Shown here: piece after piece, positions 33,889 to 40,211 of the stretch | Numbering within the stretch: position 1 is the stretch's first letter | Layout: each line of letters starts with the position of its first letter | IMG/VR virus record: IMGVR_UViG_3300045988_153375 | Span: 1-42,602 of that record | Length of the DNA: 42,602 nucleotides | Reading direction: 5' to 3' (one strand) | From: a virus | Translations under genes and position numbers: made by a program | Notes under the pieces: generated by a model | What the model saw: the letters and a program-made list of their open reading frames with translations, nothing else | Database searches by the model: none | What the model was told of the DNA's origin: nothing

Positions 33889-35505
33889 TTAGTTTATTGG
33901 TGTTTTGGTGCCGCCGGGCAGTTTAATGTTGCGCTTGACCCTGTTCCTTGTATTGGGCGCGTTATTAAGGTTCAGGTTGCTGCCACTGCCGTTACTGCTA
34001 CTGTTGTTGGCGGCGTTATTGGCGTTGTTATCGTCGTCAGCGTTAGTCGCGTCGGCGTTTTCGATATTCTCGCCATTCTCATCCACCGTGCCTCCGTTGT
34101 TCGTGGCGGCGAGAGCACGATCAAGCAATGATACCGCATTCTTTTTGCGATTCTCAGCGTTAATGTCTGCGAGATCGTCCTCGGTGAGTCCGGCACGCCG
34201 CATGAGAGTCTGCGACTCCTGCAACGACGGAAACGCAGACACCATTTTGACCGCGAAATCGGCGGCAGACGACGGCGAGGAATAGCGGGCGGGGGTCCAC
34301 TTCACCGAGGTCTTCCACGACTCTTGCGGCGGCTCGTCGAGTTTGTCACGGACCATAATAATATTCTGCAGCGTACGCCGCAGCGGTGCAGAGAAGATTC
34401 GCCACTGATACTCGGCCTCGTCCGCGAGCGCCGCCTCGGACGCCTGCATCGCCTCAGCCGAGGACGGGTTATCCGCGAATATCCCGATAGCGGACTGAGG
34501 TAGGTTTGTGGCCGCGCACAAATTCTGCGCCAGTTGACGGTACATTTCCAAGTGGGGGCTCATGGTCATTTGTGAGAATTGCCCAACCGACGGGATGTCC
34601 CCGTTTTCGTTCGGCTCCAGCACTTGGACGCGGGCCATGATTGCGGACCACCTGTCTTGGCCGGCGAAATCTGCTCTTTCCGCGCCGAGCACGTAGCGTT
34701 GCGGTGAGGAGAAGAATTCTGCGGAGGTTTCTGCGCGGACCATTGTCCTCACCGCCGCGTCCGTGAGATATCTTACTTCGCGGGTGATTCGTGAGTGACC
34801 CAACGGCCGGTTCAGTTGGGGGTCGTAGCAGAGTGCTTCAACGAAAATGCGGTGGGGGGTGTCTCCGAGTTTCTCAGCCTTCCATCCACCGCCGTTTTCT
34901 CGGGCGTCGATTCGCCAAATAGCGGTGGGGGTGTGCATGATGGCGCCTGCCGGCTGCCCGTATTTGTCGGTCTGATCGATTGTGAGGGCGGCCTCGATTA
35001 TGCGACGCCTGGTGTCCCAAAGGGCGGCGGACCATTCCGCGTCACGGGCCTGCACGACGACAGGCGGCTCACCAATAGTCTCATCCCCCCGCGTCACTGT
35101 GAGCAGTGAGAAAGAATGCTTGTACGCTGAAGTGATCGCCTGCGCGAGATCAAGATCGTAATTGTTAGCGGATAGTATTTCGTTTGCTTCGAAGGCGTCG
35201 GGCGCCCCGTTCAGGGAGTAGCCTTCGAATACGTGCCGTCGGGCGAGCATGGTGACGACTTTCTGAGGCCACCCCAACGCGGCTTTGGTGCGCGTCATTT
35301 GCGGCGGAATACTGATACCCAGGTCTTGGAAAGCGCGGTGGCCGTCATAGTAGACGGAAAGCAGCTTGTTTTTGTTCGAGTGCTGCTGCCATTTCTGCCA
35401 CAGTTGCAGAAATGTTACCCGATCGTCGTCGGGTAGTCCGGAAATGCGTGTGGGTGCCGGCGTAGCATTAACGAGTCGTCCGTCGTCAGGATAAATTTCA
35501 GTCAT
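33889..35505 (-). CDS. portal protein (SPP1 gp6-like)
   Basis: 538 aa, directly downstream of TerL, with an Asn-rich low-complexity C-terminal tail. Confidence 0.9.
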   Translation of the reverse strand: MTEIYPDDGRLVNATPAPTRISGLPDDDRVTFLQLWQKWQQHSNKNKLLSVYYDGHRAFQDLGISIPPQMTRTKAALGWPQKVVTMLARRHVFEGYSLNGAPDAFEANEILSANNYDLDLAQAITSAYKHSFSLLTVTRGDETIGEPPVVVQARDAEWSAALWDTRRRIIEAALTIDQTDKYGQPAGAIMHTPTAIWRIDARENGGGWKAEKLGDTPHRIFVEALCYDPQLNRPLGHSRITREVRYLTDAAVRTMVRAETSAEFFSSPQRYVLGAERADFAGQDRWSAIMARVQVLEPNENGDIPSVGQFSQMTMSPHLEMYRQLAQNLCAATNLPQSAIGIFADNPSSAEAMQASEAALADEAEYQWRIFSAPLRRTLQNIIMVRDKLDEPPQESWKTSVKWTPARYSSPSSAADFAVKMVSAFPSLQESQTLMRRAGLTEDDLADINAENRKKNAVSLLDRALAATNNGGTVDENGENIENADATNADDDNNANNAANNSSSNGSGSNLNLNNAPNTRNRVKRNIKLPGGTKTPIN

Positions 35506-36995
35506 AGGAACAATACTCCGCCGCCACGTCCATTATTACTATTGGCGTTTTCGATTTTATCATAAGGCTTATAGCGCGGTCTTCTTTTTGTTGTGCGTGC
35601 GGCCCACATTGCGAGCGTGCATGCTTCTAGGCCGGCTACGGTGGCGCCCGGCGGTGCTTGTAGGGCCCATCCTCCGGATGTTCCGATTGGGCGTGGCGTC
35701 GCAGAAGCGGCCTCGGTCCTCAGTTGCATGTCGTCCAGGTGTGTGATTGTGTTTTCGCGTAGTGAGGCGTCTAGCATACTGTAGGCGTCTATGATTTGCG
35801 TGATCGTGGGTGTGATGATGACTTGGGGGCGTACTCCGATGGCGCGTAGTCTTTCGATTGTGTCTCCGGCACCGTATTTTCCGTCTACGATGATTTGTGC
35901 CCATCTGTCTTTTGTGTCCGCGATGTAGTCGATGATCCATTGCGTGCCTTCGCTCATGCGGCGGACGCCTTGGTGCGTGCAGAGTTCGACGTGTGTGGGC
36001 GTGTTTTGCTTGTGTCCGGCTCGGGCTAGGGCACAGGTTGACCCGTCGGGGGCGAATCGGATTGCGGCGCACCAGCGCATACCGGTCGGCGTGTTTTCTG
36101 GCCGTATTGTGGCAGTGTTCCAGGCGACAGGGTCTATTGCGAGCCTGTCGTTGGCGCGGTCCCATATTCCGAGGCCTTCACGGCGGAATGATTCTTCTCC
36201 GAGCTGCCTACGCATTCTTAGAATGGCGGATTCGGGTGTGCGGCGCGGGTATGATGGATTTGCTTTTTCCCATTGTTTCCGGTCGTCGCTGTTGGCGTCG
36301 TAGTCGGCGGCCAACTCCAAATAGAGGCCGTCTTTTATTTCGCCTTGCAGGGCGAGGTTGCGGAATTCGCTGAATGCTTCGGATGGGTCTTTCGGTTTTG
36401 GTGGTGTTCCGATTTTGATGATGAGCGGGTCCGGGGCGGTGTTTGTGGCGGGGATCATGTCGTCTAGTGCGGCGGCGCCTAGGATTTGGGCTTCGTCGAA
36501 GAGGATCATGTCTACGCCGTGGAATCCGCGTCCGAATCCTCCTTCGCGGGCGCCGAACAGGATTCGTGATCCGTTATTGAAGAGGATGGCCTGTTGTCCG
36601 TTTGCTTGCCGTATTTTGTTCACGTACGGGGCGATGTTGGGGATTTGTGCCATTCCTTTCATGTCGTTGAATGTTTCGTCGGCGGTGCGTGTGCGGTGTG
36701 CGGTCCAGAGTACGAAGTAGTTGGGGTGGAGGGTGGCGAGTGCGAATGTGAGGCCGCCGATTGTGTATGTTTTGCCGACCTGTCTGGGGATGCTGGCTTG
36801 GATTCCGTCGATGCTGGCGGCGTAGTGGCCGTCGTTTCGTTTGGCGAGGATTGCTTTGAGCCAGTCTTGCTGCCATGTGTCGAGGGGGTATTGCATTTCT
36901 TGGAGGCGGCGTTGGACTGGCGGCCAGGCGGTGTGTGTGATGTTTTCTGGGAGGGTGAGGTGGGCGGCGATTTCGCTTAGGTGTTTTTCGCTCAT
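35502..36995 (-). CDS. terL: terminase large subunit
   Basis: Walker A IPRQVGKTYT, Walker B MILFDEAQ, and a C-terminal nuclease-type domain. Confidence 0.92.
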   Translation of the reverse strand: MSEKHLSEIAAHLTLPENITHTAWPPVQRRLQEMQYPLDTWQQDWLKAILAKRNDGHYAASIDGIQASIPRQVGKTYTIGGLTFALATLHPNYFVLWTAHRTRTADETFNDMKGMAQIPNIAPYVNKIRQANGQQAILFNNGSRILFGAREGGFGRGFHGVDMILFDEAQILGAAALDDMIPATNTAPDPLIIKIGTPPKPKDPSEAFSEFRNLALQGEIKDGLYLELAADYDANSDDRKQWEKANPSYPRRTPESAILRMRRQLGEESFRREGLGIWDRANDRLAIDPVAWNTATIRPENTPTGMRWCAAIRFAPDGSTCALARAGHKQNTPTHVELCTHQGVRRMSEGTQWIIDYIADTKDRWAQIIVDGKYGAGDTIERLRAIGVRPQVIITPTITQIIDAYSMLDASLRENTITHLDDMQLRTEAASATPRPIGTSGGWALQAPPGATVAGLEACTLAMWAARTTKRRPRYKPYDKIENANSNNGRGGGVLFL

Positions 36996-36996
36996 T

Positions 36997-37278
36997 TTAG
37001 ATGCCGTCCCAGGTTTGTGTTTCGTTTGGAATGTCGGTGGTGTGTGTGGTGGTGTTTTCGTTTTGTGTGGTGGCTAGTTGGTCTGTGATTTGTATGAGTT
37101 GTGCGGTGAGTTTTGTGAGTGCTGTGTCGCCTGTTCTGGGGTCGTCTATGACGGTGGCGATTTTGTGTGCTAAGGCTTGGCGGATGAGTGTTGGGTTGCC
37201 GGTGTTTGTGGCGTCTGTGATGGGGGCGGGACTGTTGGGTTCGTATACGGTGATTGTGGTGTTTGTGTGGGTTGTCAT
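36997..37278 (-). CDS. hypothetical protein (93 aa), positional candidate for the small terminase
   Basis: It ends 1 nt before the terL ATG. There is no recognisable motif. The T/N-rich ends reflect the local A/C-rich strand composition. Confidence 0.45.
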   Translation of the reverse strand: MTTHTNTTITVYEPNSPAPITDATNTGNPTLIRQALAHKIATVIDDPRTGDTALTKLTAQLIQITDQLATTQNENTTTHTTDIPNETQTWDGI

Positions 37279-37285
37279 GTCTTCT

Positions 37286-37291
37286 ATTATA
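37286..37291 (-). promoter_or_regulatory. candidate -10 TATAAT placed 7 nt from ATG 37278 (leaderless late/packaging operon start)
   Basis: The minus strand reads TATAAT-AGAAGAC-ATG. Confidence 0.4.
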
Positions 37292-37320
37292 TGTGGTGGT
37301 GTGAGTCACGTCTGGTGGGG

Positions 37321-37447
37321 TTTTCCACAGGGTTATCCACAGGGTGGAGGGTTTTCCACAGGGTTTTCCACAGGTTGGGGAGTTTTCCACATGATGGCGG
37401 TCACATTGTGATGTGGGTTACTGGAGTTATCCACAGGGTTTTCCACA
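37321..37447 (+). promoter_or_regulatory. cluster of seven DnaA-box consensus 9-mers TT(A/T)TCCACA, all in one orientation
   Basis: Boxes at 37321-29, 37333-41, 37352-60, 37364-72, 37383-91, 37427-35 and 37439-47. Two are TTATCCACA and five are TTTTCCACA. Most are followed by GG(G). Confidence 0.7.
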
Positions 37448-37559
37448 AGCAGGGAGGGATGGGCAGACCTTCGGGGTGTTCGCGGCCGGATGGGGGAGGG
37501 GGGGTGGCCCCCATCACATAATTTGTGTGGTGTGCGTCTCGTTTACGTGTGTTCCCTGT

Positions 37560-37980
37560 GTTGTTTGTGATGTGGGTCCCATGCCTAAGGGATCCCTTAC
37601 TGCGTTGGGGCCCCCTTTTTGTTCGTCTCGTTTTGTTGCCATGGTTTTTTTGAACGCCATTGTTGTTTCACGCTTTGCATGTTTTTGCGTGTTTTTGTAA
37701 CATTTCTTTTGTTTTTATGCATTTTTGTGTGTTTGTGCGTTTGTGCGTTGTGCTTGCCTTGTGGCATGCGTTGGCACCATGCATGGTGCATGGTGTTGGT
37801 ATGCATGTCATGCATCACATCATCATGTGTTCACTATCATGTTCATGATGTTCATCATTGATGATCGTTGATCATCATGATGTTCGTCGTTCATTGTTCA
37901 TTGATTGTTGATTGAACGTTGATCATCGATCATCGTTGATCATTGTTGTTCGTTGGTTGTGTGAACGTGAACAGTGTGAG
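37560..37980. other. AT-rich, palindrome-dense low-complexity tract (candidate DNA unwinding element / protein-binding array)
   Basis: Contains TAAGGGATCCCTTA (37586-99), T-runs, ATGCAT/CCATGCATGG palindromes, several TGATCA sites, and CGTTGATCAT three times (37866, 37917, 37934). No credible ORF. Confidence 0.5.
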
Positions 37981-39062
37981 GTGAGACAGTGGATGGTGTC
38001 CATCCTCGTCGGCGTGTTCTGTTATTGAATGGCGGTGGGGTGTGCTGCTGTCCTGCCGCAGTGCAGTGGTGTGCCCCGCGCCTTACTCATCCCACTGCAG
38101 TGCTGCTGAGTACTGCGATCGTGTCGTGTATTGTTCCTTGCCGGGTGTGTGGTGCAGTGTGGGTGAGTGTGCGTCTGTGGTGTTTGTGTGGTGGGGTATC
38201 CTCCGATGACCCTCCCCCATTCGTGGTGGTGGGTGGGGCCATCATGGTTGGTGGGGTGGCATGACGAGGCGGGGGTGGCATGACTGGGGAAGGGCGGTAG
38301 TGTCGCGGGTATCCCCTTCCGTGTATGGGTGTCCCCCGTCTGTTCGCGTGGTGGTCCCGTTGAAGGGCGGGAGTGGCGTGTGTTGTGATGTCCCGTCTTC
38401 GGATCGGGTTCTCCCCTTTCACATTGTCCCTGTCCTCTCGCATTGTCTCGCTTCCCTGTTGTGTTGTGTGTTGTGGGTGGGGAAGTGTGGTGGCGTGTGG
38501 TGTCCGTTACACATTGCGTTGTGGTGTATGTCTCTGTGTGCGAGTGGTGGGGTTGTGTGGAGTGTGGAATGTCGGTGGTGGTAGAACTGTGTCCCTCTCT
38601 TCTCTCTCTTCTCCCCTCCCTCATCTTTGTGTTTGCTGTCACGGTATTGTTGGTTTAGGGGGGCGTCTTTGTGTCAGGGTTGTGTCATTGTGGAATAGCG
38701 GTGATGGTTTGTGTTGGGTAGAAGGGTGTGTGCGGTGTCTACTGTCTGCTGTGTACTGTGTACTGTTCTCCCTTCTGTGTTGTGGTGTATGTGTGGTGGT
38801 CATGTCGCATTGTGTTGTGGGTTGTGGAATGGCGGTGCGTGAGGGGTGTGGTCTCGTCGTTTGTCTTCTTTTGTTCTCTTCCTTCTCTTCTTCTTCCTTT
38901 GTGCTGGTGTTCGGGGTAGTGCGCGCGCAGCTCTGCGAGCACGCACGTTATCCCCGAACACCATTGTGTCCCCTCGTTGCTTGTTCGTCCTCTTCTCTCT
39001 TCTTCTCCCCGCCTTTCTTCACCGTCCGTCTTTCATTGTGTTGGAATGGCGGGGGGGGTGAT
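37981..39062. other. about 1.1-kb extremely G/T-skewed (plus strand) apparently non-coding region
   Basis: The plus strand is almost free of A. Long ORFs on both strands have aberrant composition (C/V/G/L-rich or T/H/P-rich). There are no RBS-plus-start combinations. Confidence 0.6.
38905..38963. repeat. conserved hairpin element, copy A
   Basis: The 34-nt core TAGTGCGCGCGCAGCTCTGCGAGCACGCACGTTA is enclosed by the 12-bp stem TGGTGTTCGGGG / CCCCGAACACCA. Confidence 0.75.
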
Positions 39063-39407
39063 TCACCATGTGTCGGTGTGTTGTGTTGGCATGACGGCGA
39101 CGGGTAGTCTGTCTCGTTCGTCTTCGTTTTTCTGGTAGTGGCGCGCTCTTCCTTTGCCGTGCTTGCCGTTGCCTCGTCTGCTGTTGCATTTGGCGCATAA
39201 CACTCTGCCGTTGTCTGGGTGATTGGTTCCGCCTAGTGATGCTGGGATTATGTGGTCTGCTTCGGCGCTGTTTGGTTTGCGTTGTCCGTTGTTGTTGTAT
39301 TGGAGTTTTACTCCGCATGCTGGGCAGTGTGTGATGCCCATTGCTTGTGCTCGTGCGAGTACTTGTTTTCTGAATTGTTTGTGTTCTCGTGTGCTTGTTC
39401 TGCTCAC
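39063..39407 (-). CDS. HNH endonuclease
   Basis: CPACG...AEADHIIPASLGGTNHPDNGRVLCAKCNSRRGN (HNH core with paired Cys). GTG start follows AAGAAGAGAA. Confidence 0.9.
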   Translation of the reverse strand: MSRTSTREHKQFRKQVLARAQAMGITHCPACGVKLQYNNNGQRKPNSAEADHIIPASLGGTNHPDNGRVLCAKCNSRRGNGKHGKGRARHYQKNEDERDRLPVAVMPTQHTDTW

Positions 39408-39438
39408 CGCTGTTCTCTTCTTTCTTGTGTTTGTGTTA

Positions 39439-39481
39439 GGTGGTGGCGCGTCGCAGCGTCAGCGAGACGAGCGCCTCCACC
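39439..39481. other. imperfect hairpin 32 nt upstream of the HNH start
   Basis: GGTGG-T-GGCGC-G-TCG ... CGA-GCGCC-T-CCACC, giving 13 bp in three blocks. Confidence 0.35.
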
Positions 39482-39571
39482 GTCTAACACTACTCTCTCT
39501 TCTTTCTTCTCTTCTTTTTTTCGCCTTTCTTATCCTCTTCTCCTCTCTTCTTTCTGTTCGTCTTGTGGGAT

Positions 39572-39633
39572 TGGTGTGTGTTGTGTAGTGCGCGCGCAGC
39601 CCTGCGAGCACGCACGTAACACAACACACACCA
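39572..39633. repeat. conserved hairpin element, copy B
   Basis: The core TAGTGCGCGCGCAGCCCTGCGAGCACGCACGTAA matches copy A at 32 of 34 positions. It is enclosed by a different 14-bp stem, TGGTGTGTGTTGTG / CACAACACACACCA. Confidence 0.75.
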
Positions 39634-39757
39634 TTGTGTTTTGGTTGTCTACTTGAACGCAGTGCGTGTCTCTTTACACACGACACGATGATTGTTGCCC
39701 CCACCACACACTGTTCACTATTAATGATCGCCATGTTCACCATTGAACACTAATTAC

Positions 39758-39766
39758 GTTATAACA
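39758..39766 (-). promoter_or_regulatory. candidate extended -10 promoter TGtTATAAC reading leftward toward the HNH gene
   Basis: The minus strand reads TGTGTTATAAC. The first operator-like palindrome overlaps the -35 position. Confidence 0.3.
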
Positions 39767-39779
39767 CATGTTCCCTAAT

Positions 39780-39835
39780 TAGACACTGTCTAGTTCTGTT
39801 AGACAGTGTCTAATTCTAGTACTCTTTTAAGAGTA
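39780..39835. promoter_or_regulatory. three operator-like palindromes
   Basis: TAGACACTGTCTA (39780-92), TTAGACAGTGTCTAA (39799-813) and TACTCTT-TT-AAGAGTA (39820-35), in an AT-rich gap. Confidence 0.6.
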
Positions 39836-39876
39836 TAGGTTGGGCCCAACACAGTGGCGAGCTCTTCGAAAACACC

Positions 39877-39931
39877 CTGCGGCGCTGACGCTCGCTTGCG
39901 TCGCTAGGGCTCCTCAGCGGCTGCGCCGCAG
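39877..39931 (-). terminator. candidate terminator (9-bp outer stem with an inner hairpin)
   Basis: CTGCGGCGC / GCGCCGCAG encloses GACGC/GCGTC. On the minus strand it is followed by GGTGTTTTCG. Confidence 0.35.
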
Positions 39932-40153
39932 ATCGTCTTCGACGATTCGTCTACTCGAGTGTAGCATATAGACTAAAGTCCCAACAACAAACACTGCCAA
40001 CAAAACAAACGCAACAGGGACCATTCGTTGCAACCATGCGAAACACCTGACACAAAACCTTGCTGAAAGGGCAGAAAGTGTGACGACACACACCAACGTT
40101 GTAGTAACACAAACGGGTGTTTTCACCCTAGAACGCCAGTTACTAGCAAACAA
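39914..40153 (-). CDS. doubtful small membrane-protein ORF
   Basis: TTG start without an RBS, and T-ending codons unlike other genes. The hydrophobic segment VPVAFVLLAVFVVGTLVYML could equally be a composition artefact. Confidence 0.25.
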   Translation of the reverse strand: MFASNWRSRVKTPVCVTTTLVCVVTLSALSARFCVRCFAWLQRMVPVAFVLLAVFVVGTLVYMLHSSRRIVEDDLRRSR

Positions 40154-40166
40154 CCCACTTGCGTAG

Positions 40167-40211
40167 AAAGTAAACGGAAGATGAACAAAGTAAACGGGAG
40201 GTTAACGGAAC
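40167..40211. repeat. direct repeats AAAGTAAACGG(A/G)AG x2 plus a GTTAACGGAAC half-copy
   Basis: Copies at 40167-80 and 40187-200 (20-bp phase), with a related copy at 40201-11. Confidence 0.6.

Noticed and set aside
36992-37521. ORFs 36992-37390 (minus), 37001-37411 (plus) and 37177-37521 (plus) across the DnaA-box cluster
   Set aside because: They overlap the well-supported 36997-37278 gene or the repeat array. Their sequences are His/Thr/Arg- or Cys/Val-rich repeats produced by translating the box repeats.
38022-39107. Long ORFs in the skewed region (38022-38642 minus, 206 aa; 38373-39107 plus, 244 aa; also 37989-38264, 38261-38584 and 38087-38443)
   Set aside because: Stop codons are depleted on both strands because the plus strand lacks A. 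The translated products are low-complexity (T/H/P/N-rich or C/V/G/L-rich) and overlap each other in several frames. They have no RBS and no family resemblance.
37967-39718. 11-bp inverted repeat GTGAACAGTGT (37967-77) / ACACTGTTCAC (39708-18), and identical 10-mers TGTTCACTAT (37828 and 39712), bracketing the skewed region plus HNH, as possible terminal inverted repeats of a mobile or invertible element
   Set aside because: Matches of 10-11 bp within a 2.5-kb span are roughly what chance predicts (order of one expected). There are no target-site duplications and no transposase or invertase gene. It is kept only as a weak note.
39695-39725. Possible rightward promoter TTGCCC-N18-TATTAA(T)
   Set aside because: On re-reading, the hexamer is TATTAA/ATTAAT rather than TATAAT (the invariant positions are wrong). 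It would also fire head-on into the leftward extended -10 element only about 30 bp away.
39851-39950. tRNA-like gene suggested by a TTCGAA motif and stacked hairpins
   Set aside because: No cloverleaf can be drawn. The sequences flanking TTCGAA are not complementary (no T-stem), and there is no acceptor stem or anticodon arm of proper size.
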